Part shown: one piece after another, positions 29,483-38,887 of the stretch
Layout: every line of letters begins with the position of its first letter
Position numbering within the stretch: position 1 is the first letter of the stretch
Notes under the pieces: model-generated
What the model saw: the letters and a program-made list of their open reading frames with translations, nothing else
Databases searched by the model: none
Told to the model about the DNA's origin: nothing
Made by a program: the position numbers and the translations under genes
NCBI GenBank assembly: GCA_050014195.1
Contig: JBEKDT010000002.1
Span: 64,001 to 128,000, forward strand
Reading direction: 5' to 3'
DNA: 64,000 nucleotides
Source: Desulfomonilia bacterium
GTDB taxonomy: Bacteria; Desulfobacterota; Desulfomonilia; UBA1062

Positions 29483-31339
29483 TTAAAGACCTGATAGCTG
29501 AATAATGTCGCCAAACTGGGGTTGAGCCTGAGAAACAGGAAGGTATACAGAACGCCTTTCCGCTAAAGCTGCACGGACGCGCATTACGACTTCATCCCAA
29601 TTGCCCATTTCTTTCTGGTTGAAAAGACGGAGCGTGCCGGGATACCATGGACTGTTGTCGCGTTCAACGAGCCAGCGCCAACAACTGTTGAACCGGTTCA
29701 AGAGCCACACCGGCTTACCCAAGGCTCCCGCCAAATGAGCGACGGCTGTGTCGACGCTAATAACAAGATCCAGATTCATAATAAGGGCCGCCGTATCGGC
29801 AAAATCGTGACAATCTTCCATCCAATCAATCAGATGAAAAACGTCGGGGGCTCGCGTTCCTTCTTTCTGAAGGGAGAAGAATTGAACGTTTGGCACATCC
29901 ATCAAAGGAGCCAGAACCTCTGGTGCAACGGATCTTTTCTGGTCCGCCGCGATAAGTTCGGGCGAGTGGGCGCGTGAACTTCCCGCCCATACGAGACCGA
30001 CTTTTAAAGCGTTATTTGCAAACGCCGCAACTCGATCCCCCCACTTGGCCAAATCGGCTGGATCGGGACTCATATAGGGAAGCTTGGCCGGTATAGTCTC
30101 GAGGGTTGTATGAAATGCCAGAGGCAGGCTCATCATTGGACAGTGAAGATCGAAAGGTGGAAGGTTATCACCCATGGACACAACCTTATCAATGCCGTCC
30201 AAAGATTGTATGAGCCGCCTCAACGGCGGCTGTACCTCCACCACTACCTGGAGCCCTCGCTCTTTTATGAGAGGCACATAGCGGCAAAATTGAAGGGTAT
30301 CCCCGAATCCCTGCTCGGCGTGGATCAAAAGGGTTCGCCCTTCACCAGCTTCGCCTTGCCACTCAGGCTGGGCAAGATCCCGGAAGGCAGGGCGAAGTTG
30401 CTTCGATTTCCAGCGCCATTCATACTCACACCATCCTTCGTCGAAGCGCCCTAAAGCCAACAAGGCCGTTGCCAGATTCTTGTGAACCTCTGCATTGCTC
30501 GGTTCGAGGCGTAAAGCCTCTTTATAAGCCACAATAGCTTCTTCAAAGCGTCTGGCATCCTTCAATGCGATGCCAAGGTTGTTGAGTGTCTCCGGACAAT
30601 CCTGACGTAATGCCAAGGCTTTTTGGCAATGAAGGATAGCCCCATCAAGATCGCCTTTTAATCCCAGGATCGCGCCCAGATTACAGAGGGCTTCGGGACT
30701 TGCAGGATGAACGGCGAGAGCCGCCTGATATAAGGCCGCAGCGCCGTCCAGATCGTTTTGCAGAAGATGGATGACGCCGAGATTATTGATGACCCCATGA
30801 TGGTTCGGCTTAAGGGTCAAGGCCTGTTCATAGCAAGTGGTCGCTTCGGGTAGACGGCCTATTTCTTGCAATGTAGTTCCCTTATCGCTCAAAGCCTCAA
30901 CATCTTGCGGATTAATTTCCAGCGCTTTGTCGAAGGCAGCCAAAGCTCCCGCCGAATCACCAGTTTCTCTTAAAGAAACACCAATATGCCAATAGGCTTT
31001 GGCATGATCCGGCTTAAGAGCGACAACACGCATCATAAGAGGTAAAACGGCGGTAAACTTCTTCTGGGCCATCAGTATCATACCGTATTTATAGATGATT
31101 TCACTCGATTGAGGCGCAAGGATCAAGGCTTTTTCCATCCAGACCTCTGCCTCTTTCGTCTGTCCCAGATGAAAGTCGATGATGCCTCGCATGCAAATTA
31201 AGAAGGGATTCGCAGCATCTTCGAGCAAAATATCTGCGCAAATCTTTTGCGCCTCCTCAAACTGTTCTTGATGATTATCCGTCGTATTGTTGAAGACCAA
31301 TTCATACAAAGAGATCAGTTGTTCTTTCGTTTTTTTCAT
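29483..31339 (-). CDS. TPR-repeat protein with C-terminal GT-B (GT9-like) glycosyltransferase domain
   Basis: Multiple TPRs; EGWCEYEWRW, AEQGFGDTLQFCRY, VGLVWAG, DFADTAA, ISVDTAVAHLAGALG, WRW..SPWYP. Confidence 0.9.
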   Translation of the reverse strand: MKKTKEQLISLYELVFNNTTDNHQEQFEEAQKICADILLEDAANPFLICMRGIIDFHLGQTKEAEVWMEKALILAPQSSEIIYKYGMILMAQKKFTAVLPLMMRVVALKPDHAKAYWHIGVSLRETGDSAGALAAFDKALEINPQDVEALSDKGTTLQEIGRLPEATTCYEQALTLKPNHHGVINNLGVIHLLQNDLDGAAALYQAALAVHPASPEALCNLGAILGLKGDLDGAILHCQKALALRQDCPETLNNLGIALKDARRFEEAIVAYKEALRLEPSNAEVHKNLATALLALGRFDEGWCEYEWRWKSKQLRPAFRDLAQPEWQGEAGEGRTLLIHAEQGFGDTLQFCRYVPLIKERGLQVVVEVQPPLRRLIQSLDGIDKVVSMGDNLPPFDLHCPMMSLPLAFHTTLETIPAKLPYMSPDPADLAKWGDRVAAFANNALKVGLVWAGSSRAHSPELIAADQKRSVAPEVLAPLMDVPNVQFFSLQKEGTRAPDVFHLIDWMEDCHDFADTAALIMNLDLVISVDTAVAHLAGALGKPVWLLNRFNSCWRWLVERDNSPWYPGTLRLFNQKEMGNWDEVVMRVRAALAERRSVYLPVSQAQPQFGDIIQLSGL

Positions 31340-31379
31340 GTGTAAGGCGAAATTGTGTGTAAAAAGCTCCCGATCAGTA

Positions 31380-31401
31380 AGAATCCTGGCACCAGGATTC
31401 T
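31380..31401. other. Perfect 10-bp inverted repeat (hairpin or operator) between the PEP-CTERM-like and TPR genes
   Basis: AGAATCCTGG-ca-CCAGGATTCT. Confidence 0.5.
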
Positions 31402-31428
31402 AAATCTACATCATACATGTCGGGTTTT

Positions 31429-32075
31429 TTATTCCTCCCATGTTGGATGAACTCTCTTCCTTTTCCCGGTTGCCGCCAAACCTACCAATCTATAACCAAG
31501 TAAAATCAAGGCTGGGAGCCTGAGTTCCGGAGTGGAGCTTTCGTTGGTCGACCGACGCGAGTTAATTTAGAACTCGGCAAACGTTTGACCTGGACTTTGT
31601 GGTGGGTAATAGGGGTCCGAGTATGCCCAGCCCAGCTTTTCGATATTGGGATGGATTGATTTACATACGCTAACCGCCCAATCTGATCCGGCTCCCCATA
31701 TATCGACCACGAAGGTAGAGGTCCGTTGGAGCCGGAGACGAAATGAAACGCGTCCAGGCCCCGCATGTACGGAGTAAGTGCTGGAATGGGGATCCTCTCT
31801 ACTATGTTTGCTATGTTGGGAGGTGAGAGTTCAAAAGTCTGTGTCTGATTTAAAGCTGAAAGGTCTCCATCGCATGTGAACTGAACTGAAACGTTATCAC
31901 CGATCGCCTCCAGGGGGTTGCCAGGTCCGCTATTGGTAGAGGTGAACAGATTATCCGTATATGTGTAGACATACGGTGTGGCGTGGGAGGTCAAAGGGAT
32001 AATCAATATCAGGATGAGAAGCGGAAGAGCACTGGGTAGTAATTTGTGGATACGGTGAGCTAGTTGCCGTTTCAT
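31429..32075 (-). pseudogene. PEP-CTERM-like exosortase substrate, frameshifted just before the sorting signal
   Basis: Signal peptide ..SHA-TPYVYTYT; a shifted frame near 31530 reads PELRLPALILLGYRLVGLAATGKRKR..*. Confidence 0.6.
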
Positions 32076-32127
32076 AAATACGTCCTTTCTTTCGATGGAT
32101 CTAGTTGATATTTCAAAGATAATATCA

Positions 32128-32143
32128 TGCAGATTATGTGCCA
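32128..32143 (-). promoter_or_regulatory. Putative sigma-54 promoter of the PEP-CTERM-like gene
   Basis: TGGCACATAATCTGCA, near consensus; upstream TGCAAA-N6-TGACA (32195-32211) is enhancer-like. Confidence 0.7.
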
Positions 32144-32546
32144 CCATGTAACAGACTGATATATTTATTTTAATTTAAGTTGCCTTCCGAAGAGTGCAAA
32201 GATATTTGACAGTTCATTACAGTGCATATTTTATATCTCATTGAATATATTATTATAATTTATAAAGTAAATTTGTTAATTATTCCAAAAGATCAATTTG
32301 ATATTTAATACGAATGAACTGATGATTATGTGCCATAAGGCGCGGTTAGTATTGAGACAACTCTACCTATGGATAACATCAGCAGATCTTCAGTTTTCAT
32401 GCCTTTTGAAAATGCTCATCTATCGCATGAAAATCCAATATCGTCAGGGACAAGAGTGCCTGGTTTGATCATTGCTATGATTTGCTTGAATGTCCTGTTA
32501 CAAACTTGAGATTAGGTATCCATAGGCCAAGAGGTAAGGCATAGCC

Positions 32547-33095
32547 TTATTGCGGTTTGAAGTTCAGATTTTCAATCTGCTGCAATATCCATTCACCTGC
32601 TATGAATTCATAATGAAGCCTTAGTTTGCCTGAATAGGTTGAGACTGTATCCACATGAACAACTACCTGTGCTTTATCGCCTTTAATCTTCGTATCAAGA
32701 ATATTGATGTTGCTGATATTTGTTCCGTCGAATATTATCCCCATAGGAACTGTTACAAAAGCGCTGTAAGACTGATTTGCAGAGGATTCTGATGATGATT
32801 TTCCACCGATTTCGGAGCGATTACCTGAATTGGTTTTGACTTTTACAACAGAATCAGGATCAACACTTTTTCCAATAAGGTCCTGTTCAATTTTTTCCGG
32901 GGTGAAGACAGGGCTTTTCTTATGAGCATAAGACTCTGCTTTCGAACATATGCTATTGATTTGGCTCGCAGATAAACCCTCGTCCTTCATCGCCTTGATG
33001 ACGGCTTCGGAGCATTGATTGGCCATTGCATCGGTAATGATGAATGCAATGAAGAAAACTGAGATCGATATAACCAGATGGATCGATCTTTTCAT
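32547..33095 (-). CDS. Hypothetical secreted protein
   Basis: GAGGAGGAG RBS; signal peptide ending AMA; Cys pair; beta-rich C-terminus. Confidence 0.7.
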   Translation of the reverse strand: MKRSIHLVISISVFFIAFIITDAMANQCSEAVIKAMKDEGLSASQINSICSKAESYAHKKSPVFTPEKIEQDLIGKSVDPDSVVKVKTNSGNRSEIGGKSSSESSANQSYSAFVTVPMGIIFDGTNISNINILDTKIKGDKAQVVVHVDTVSTYSGKLRLHYEFIAGEWILQQIENLNFKPQ

Positions 33096-33271
33096 ATTGC
33101 TCCTCCTCGTGTTACGGCGACAACGATTTGTCCGGTAGAGACAACTCATATAAGCATGAACCGGCAAAAGGTTGCAAGCCGAGGCATTTATAAGTCTAGG
33201 AGGATCGATTTAACCTCCTTCCTTACTATAACCCAAGCCGGGGCATTCAAAAAGTCCATGTGTTGTCAGCC

Positions 33272-34618
33272 TCATGCATGTAACCATATCTGGGCAGCCA
33301 TTTGAACAGGGTCCCAAGGGGTACTAAGTGGGGGAGTATAACTGAGATCCAGATCATTGAGATCTTCCACCTTCATCCTATGAAACAGGGCTGCAGCGAC
33401 GATATCTATCCTCTTTGAGACTTCTGATTTCCTGTTACCGAGAATCTGTGCCCCAAGAAGCACGTGAGATCTTCGGTCTCCGCTCATAAGGATCCGCATT
33501 TTTTTAGCACCCGGATAGTATGCCTTATGATCCCACGTTTCGAATTCAACCGTCATCGGCTCATACCCTGCTTCCTGCGCTTCCTTATCCCGAAGACCCG
33601 TACGGGCCGCTACAAGATCGAAGATCTTCACCACCTGGGTACCCAGAGAGCCTTTGAACTCGGCCTTCCCTCCGGCCATGTTCTCTCCTGCAATGCGGCC
33701 TTGCTTGTGGGCGGTTGTCCCCAGCGGGAGATAGGCATATTTTTCCAGGAACCGATGCCAGGTTTCCACACAATCTCCGGCAGCAAAGACATCGGGCAAA
33801 TTGGTTTTCATTTCCCTGTTTATCTCTATGGCCCCGTAGCTTCCGATTTTTACCCCTGCTGCCCTGGCAAGCTCGACGGAAGGCCGAGAGCCGGCAGCTA
33901 CCAGAACCATGTCCGTCTGTATTTCCAGATCGGTCGAGCCCACAACAACCAAATGATCATCTTTCCTGCCGATTTCTTTAACTGCCGTGCCAGTTATAAC
34001 CCGAACGCCATTATCTTCGAGTTCTTCTCGAACAAGCCGACCCAGGCTCGTATCTACAGTAGTGAGGACAGTTTGGGCATATTCCACTACGGTTACTTCA
34101 ATACCCCGATAGGTTAGTGCATCGGCCATTTCCATACCGATGTATCCCCCGCCGATGATCACAGCGGATCTTACCTTCTTTTCTGTCAGAAACCTTTGCA
34201 TCTCAAAACCGTCTTCCATCCTTCTCAGGAAAAAGACACCCGGCACATCAAGCCCCCTGATCGGTGGTATCGCCGATACAGCCCCGGTCCCGATGAGTAG
34301 ACGATCATAGCCCACGAAATGAGTATGACCATTATTGCCGACAAATCTTACCTGTTTCTGCTGGGGGTCAATCATGTCCGCCTTGTGACCAAGGAGAAGT
34401 CGAATGCCTTTTTCTTCAATCTCCTCAGTGGTTCTATGAGCAAGGGTCTTCCAATCCTGTATTTCTCCGCTCAAGTAGAAAGGGAGGCCGCAGATGCTGA
34501 AATTAGGGAACAGGTCTGCAACAACTATTGTTATGTCGATATGAGGACTGAGTTCCTTTGCCCTGAGGGCAGCACTAATACCCGCATCACTGCCGCCAAT
34601 GATCACTACCTTTTCCAT
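33272..34618 (-). CDS. CoA-disulfide reductase / NADH oxidase family flavoprotein
   Basis: IIGGSDAG, SICGLP redox Cys, GGGYIG, AAGDC, PLGTTAHKQG, DLSYTPP. Confidence 0.9.
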   Translation of the reverse strand: MEKVVIIGGSDAGISAALRAKELSPHIDITIVVADLFPNFSICGLPFYLSGEIQDWKTLAHRTTEEIEEKGIRLLLGHKADMIDPQQKQVRFVGNNGHTHFVGYDRLLIGTGAVSAIPPIRGLDVPGVFFLRRMEDGFEMQRFLTEKKVRSAVIIGGGYIGMEMADALTYRGIEVTVVEYAQTVLTTVDTSLGRLVREELEDNGVRVITGTAVKEIGRKDDHLVVVGSTDLEIQTDMVLVAAGSRPSVELARAAGVKIGSYGAIEINREMKTNLPDVFAAGDCVETWHRFLEKYAYLPLGTTAHKQGRIAGENMAGGKAEFKGSLGTQVVKIFDLVAARTGLRDKEAQEAGYEPMTVEFETWDHKAYYPGAKKMRILMSGDRRSHVLLGAQILGNRKSEVSKRIDIVAAALFHRMKVEDLNDLDLSYTPPLSTPWDPVQMAAQIWLHA

Positions 34619-34733
34619 TGAAACCAAGACCTCTTCAAAGGAGTATCGAGATACATCTTAGGGAAAGTTTATAGGATATGCACTTCAATAATCAAATAGA
34701 GAGGAAACGATGAAATATTTCAAAGATACCTCT

Positions 34734-36200
34734 TTAGCTTGCTGCACGAAGGATTATTGGGTCTCTCTTTCGATCCTCTTCTCCCATACCGGCATAGAAC
34801 CACTTGGGGAAGTTAAAATAAGAGGTGATGGAGCGAGGGAGCAAAAGGGCAGCCTGAAGGAATGACTCAAGATCGGGCACGTTATAGATATTCACATCAA
34901 GACCCCAGTTCTGGAGCTGGATGATCAGACGCCTGCTTTCGCTTGTTTTCCAGTTCACTGAGAACCGGTTAATGCCCCACCTGGAGTACATGGTGAGGTA
35001 TCTTCTGGCCTCTGATGGGGAGGACACGATCAGGTAGCCAAGAGCGTCCACCGGGCACTGATTTATTGCTCCGGGGAATCTTTCCATGATCGTCTTAAGC
35101 CCGCCGAAGTTCAGTTCGTTTATGCTTCTGTTTATCCATACCTGATCCTCGGTAAAGCCGATATCGCTGAGCATCTCGGTCACACGTTCCAATAAACCCT
35201 CTTCCTTGATGTCCAGCTTTACACCCCTGCCTGCATCCTTGAGAACGGACAGGAAGAATTCAAGTTTGTTTGCCGTCTCATTCTGGGTCTTCAGTACCTC
35301 AGAGAAGCTCTTCCTGCGGACGATTAAAGAATTATCACCGGGGTCAATACGGACGTGCATCTCAGCCCAGTGGACATTCGATACGAGGAACTGGCGGAGT
35401 ATGGATTCATCGTCCACACCATGCCACACGAACTCGATATGCTTGGGCAATCCTTTTTCACCGATGAACTCGGTAATGTCATAACGGCTGCCGGCTACTG
35501 CACCAATGGGGATATGACCAGGTGCGGATTCGAAAATAGTGTCCGCATGCAGCAAAAAAATATCGCTGGTAAGCTCTTTCTCCGCAATGGTCTTTAAGAT
35601 TGCCGGCTCATTGTCGACCACGGCAACGATGCGGTACCCCATGTCCGTAAAGGCCTTCAATCCATCAATCTTAGAATCGGTAATGCTGGACAGCGAATTC
35701 ATATGAAGCAGGTGGGGTGAAAACTCAATGCGATATTCAGCCCCGAGGGTGTTGAGGGCTCGCAGCGTCTCGTCCCTCATGTGCTCGGATCTCCCGGTGT
35801 TCAGGCCCACATAGGTATTTGGCTGCAACTGGAACCACCTGATGACATCCAGGACTCCATCAAACAGGTGGTGTGACTGGAGAATAGCATCTTCAGACCA
35901 GAAGTTGAGTACATACCATTCAATGATCTTCGACTTCTCGGGATCTGTTATGCCAAGATCGTCCAGGAGTGTTTCTATCTCATTTTCGTGAATGTGGATA
36001 TCATCGGCCCCGAGATACCGGAAATGACGTGTGCCATGCTCCCGGTCATAGGTATGAAGGATCGATACGATCATGTATCGTGTGTCAAGTATGGTTCCAT
36101 CAATATCAAAGACGATCAGAAGTCTGTCTTGAGGGTATACCTTGCGCATTGATTCATAGTGGAATGCGAGATCACGCATCCAGCTTGTTGTATTTCTCAT
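34734..36200 (-). CDS. HAD-superfamily hydrolase fused to a FAM151/DUF2181 (GDPD-like) barrel
   Basis: FDIDGT, NTGR, K, VVDNEP HAD motifs; C-terminal half FVWHGV..WAEMHVR..GVKLDIKE..VNIYNV. Confidence 0.7.
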   Translation of the reverse strand: MRNTTSWMRDLAFHYESMRKVYPQDRLLIVFDIDGTILDTRYMIVSILHTYDREHGTRHFRYLGADDIHIHENEIETLLDDLGITDPEKSKIIEWYVLNFWSEDAILQSHHLFDGVLDVIRWFQLQPNTYVGLNTGRSEHMRDETLRALNTLGAEYRIEFSPHLLHMNSLSSITDSKIDGLKAFTDMGYRIVAVVDNEPAILKTIAEKELTSDIFLLHADTIFESAPGHIPIGAVAGSRYDITEFIGEKGLPKHIEFVWHGVDDESILRQFLVSNVHWAEMHVRIDPGDNSLIVRRKSFSEVLKTQNETANKLEFFLSVLKDAGRGVKLDIKEEGLLERVTEMLSDIGFTEDQVWINRSINELNFGGLKTIMERFPGAINQCPVDALGYLIVSSPSEARRYLTMYSRWGINRFSVNWKTSESRRLIIQLQNWGLDVNIYNVPDLESFLQAALLLPRSITSYFNFPKWFYAGMGEEDRKRDPIILRAAS

Positions 36201-36451
36201 GGTAACAATAGCTCCTTTCTTGCCCTCTTTTATAGCGGGTTGTGGTTTAGTATTGCAGCCTCATCTTGGGTGTTCTCAATTGTTTCTGTCTCCTGCTTCC
36301 TGCAATAAGCTGGAATATCCTCATGCACACCGAGTTATACCCATAAGTATTTCTGGTACGGTAAATCAGCAGGATCTTACAGAAGTATATTGAGGCTGTT
36401 TCAAATAAACTCGGGTTCTTTATGTGCTCTTTCATATACAGGCTCCCTATT

Positions 36452-36622
36452 TTAATATATCCAATCTATGCCTGTATTATTAACTGCGTATGAACAAGGG
36501 ATGAATTTTTGGTTAACTTCATCGTGTGCGTTACAGACAGTCGGTTCAGTTGCATGCACCGTGAACCAGGTAATGGATAGAGAAAGGATGAAGAAAACTA
36601 CGGCAAAGATTAATCTTTTCAT
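36452..36622 (-). CDS. 56-aa secreted peptide with two Cys (not in the ORF track)
   Basis: GGGAGG RBS; MKRLIFAVVFFILSLSITWFTVHA-TEPTVCNAHDEVNQKFIPCSYAVNNTGIDWIY*. Confidence 0.6.
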   Translation of the reverse strand: MKRLIFAVVFFILSLSITWFTVHATEPTVCNAHDEVNQKFIPCSYAVNNTGIDWIY

Positions 36623-36717
36623 GATACCTCCCGTACTTTTAAAAGAGAATTCAGGCTAAGGGTGAATATCGAAGAAACACCACTCAAATAAAAAGATGGT
36701 TTCCTGATAATAAGCGC

Positions 36718-36733
36718 AGCACGAAATATTCCA
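36718..36733 (-). promoter_or_regulatory. Possible sigma-54 promoter
   Basis: TGGAATATTTCGTGCT (GG-N10-GC), about 95 nt upstream of the peptide gene. Confidence 0.4.
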
Positions 36734-36742
36734 CAGGAGAGC

Positions 36743-36934
36743 TTACTTTAATCTCTCAAGATAATCATCAATGGTCATCGAGGGTACCGGCGGTATACTG
36801 ATACCATAATCCGACACGGGATATTCCTTGTTTATGTCTGATACCGGTTCATACAGAATATAGCGAGCGCTGTCGAATCCCATGGGTTTAGGATTATTTC
36901 TTATATATCTGAAAAGCTCTATTCCTTTGTTCAT
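36743..36934 (-). CDS. Small hypothetical protein
   Basis: GGAGG RBS before ATG 36934; 63 aa. Confidence 0.5.
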   Translation of the reverse strand: MNKGIELFRYIRNNPKPMGFDSARYILYEPVSDINKEYPVSDYGISIPPVPSMTIDDYLERLK

Positions 36935-37252
36935 GAAGACACCTCCATTCATTATCTATTATCCTTTAATCCATTATCTAATGACTCATTGTGAATTTAT
37001 TATGTGTTCACGATTAAGATTAGATGAATTCTTTTCGAGGCAAAGTCGGCCGGATATCTTGATCTTTGTAGTCTATCTCTGTTGCTTCGAGTACTTCTGT
37101 AGCTCTTTTCATTGCTTCTTGTTGATAGGTTTCTTGAAGTTATATCTGGTTGACACAGACTAAAGATTATTTGCCAAAATCAAAGGTTGATCCCGATTGA
37201 AAAATTTCTTGGGGATAATCTTCATCAGGCCATGCGCATTCATACTTTGCCA

Positions 37253-38884
37253 CTATCTGATGGCCGGGAAATTGCCTTCCAGGCCCCGCGCGGGTGCTAT
37301 GTAGTGGCACCCGATGGAGGAACGATTCCTCAGGGCAGCCTCTGCCACCATAATGGCTGACTGGGTGCCCTGGAACAGGCTTATGATGTCTTTTGACACC
37401 GGGGTTTCTTTGTAAAATTCCTCAATCCTCAGGTACATGTGCCGCATATCCTCGATGGCACGCTTGAGCCGGGGTGGTGTTCGCACGATCCCTACATAGT
37501 TCCACATGGTGTTCTTTATGGCCATCCAATCCTGGGCGATAAGCGCAGGGTCTTCATTTTCAATATTGCCGGCAGGGATCCAGTCCCGGGCAGAGCCGAG
37601 CACGGCTGCGCTCACGGTCTTGCCCGCATTGATCCTCTCGGTGATATCTATGGCGGCATAGTATCCCCATGTGAGGCCTTCCAGCAGCGAAGTGGAGGCA
37701 AGGCGGTTTGCGCCGTGGAGACCTGTACATGAAACCTCACCCACTGCATGGAGGCCCTTGAGCGAGGTGCGCCCCCTTATGTCGACATGTACGCCCCCGC
37801 AAAAGTAGTGCGCCGCGGGCACCACAGGTACCGGCTCTCTGGTTATGTCGATGCCGGCATCCTTGCATGTGGTATAAATAGTGGGAAATCGGCTAGGGAT
37901 ATCCTCTTTTACGAAATTCGCGACATCAAGCAGGACATGGTCTTCGGAATTGTGGAGCATCTCCTCCCATATGGCGCGGGCCACCTCGTCCCTGGGTGCC
38001 AGGTCCTTAAGCTCGGGATTATAGCGCTCCATGAAATATTCGCCGCGAAGGTTCTTGAGCCTGGCACCCTCACCCCGCACCGCCTCGGAGATGAGGAACC
38101 TTCGTGCGCCGGGTATATAGAGTGTGGTGGGGTGAAACTGCATGAACTCCATGTTGATCATGCGGGCTCCGGCGCGCTGGGCCATGACCATGCCGTCACC
38201 CACTGTTCCTTTCTCGTTTGTGGTGTGCAGGTAGATGTCTCCAAGACCGCCCGTGGCAAGCACGATGTCCTGGGCCAAGATAGTCATGACCTTTTTCTTG
38301 CGGTTCAGGAACACATACGCGCCCATGCACCGGTTGTCGAGCTGATATGACGCCTGGATGTCCGTGGAGTGGTGATGGAGGGTAATGAGGTCAATGGCAG
38401 TGGCTTCGGTGATGATCTCTACATTGGGGTGCTCTTTCACTGCCTTGATGAGGGCCTTCTCGATTACTGCGCCGGTGTTGTCTGCCGAGTACAGGATGCG
38501 ATTGACGGAGTGAGCCGCCTCCCTGGTGAGATCGAAGTCCTCGTCCTGGGCGCTGGTGATATGGGTAAAGTCCACCTTGAGCTCGTCGATGAGCATCTCC
38601 TTGACCACATCGGGCCCTCTTGCTGCGAGGAACTCCACGGCCTCTACCGAGTTGATCTCCCTGCCCGCACGCATGATGTCGGCAACAAGCATCAGGGGTG
38701 AATCACCGTTACCCCGGTATACAATGCCGCCCTGGGCGCGGTTGGTATTGGTGGCATAAATATCGGAACGCTTGGTGATCAGGCATACCCTGATACCCAT
38801 ACGAGCAGCCATGAGCGCGCACGTGGCTCCGGCAATACCTGTGCCTATAACGAGGCACTCTGTTTCTTTGCGTTCAGTACTCAT
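37253..38884 (-). CDS. nadB: L-aspartate oxidase
   Basis: GTGIAG, AQGGI, EAAHS, LATGG, QFHPT, LISEAVRGEG, LAPRD, AHYFCGG, GLHGANRLASTSLLE. Confidence 0.96.
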   Translation of the reverse strand: MSTERKETECLVIGTGIAGATCALMAARMGIRVCLITKRSDIYATNTNRAQGGIVYRGNGDSPLMLVADIMRAGREINSVEAVEFLAARGPDVVKEMLIDELKVDFTHITSAQDEDFDLTREAAHSVNRILYSADNTGAVIEKALIKAVKEHPNVEIITEATAIDLITLHHHSTDIQASYQLDNRCMGAYVFLNRKKKVMTILAQDIVLATGGLGDIYLHTTNEKGTVGDGMVMAQRAGARMINMEFMQFHPTTLYIPGARRFLISEAVRGEGARLKNLRGEYFMERYNPELKDLAPRDEVARAIWEEMLHNSEDHVLLDVANFVKEDIPSRFPTIYTTCKDAGIDITREPVPVVPAAHYFCGGVHVDIRGRTSLKGLHAVGEVSCTGLHGANRLASTSLLEGLTWGYYAAIDITERINAGKTVSAAVLGSARDWIPAGNIENEDPALIAQDWMAIKNTMWNYVGIVRTPPRLKRAIEDMRHMYLRIEEFYKETPVSKDIISLFQGTQSAIMVAEAALRNRSSIGCHYIAPARGLEGNFPAIR

Positions 38885-38887
38885 TTT

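Noticed and set aside
32320-32335. TGGCACATAATC half-boxes at about 32324 and 53617, and TGGCACGAAATC at about 25057
   Set aside because: They lack the -12 GC at GG-N10-GC spacing, so they are not called as sigma-54 promoters.
37020-37112. 30-aa minus-strand ORF MKRATEVLEA..
   Set aside because: Weak RBS and no recognisable features.
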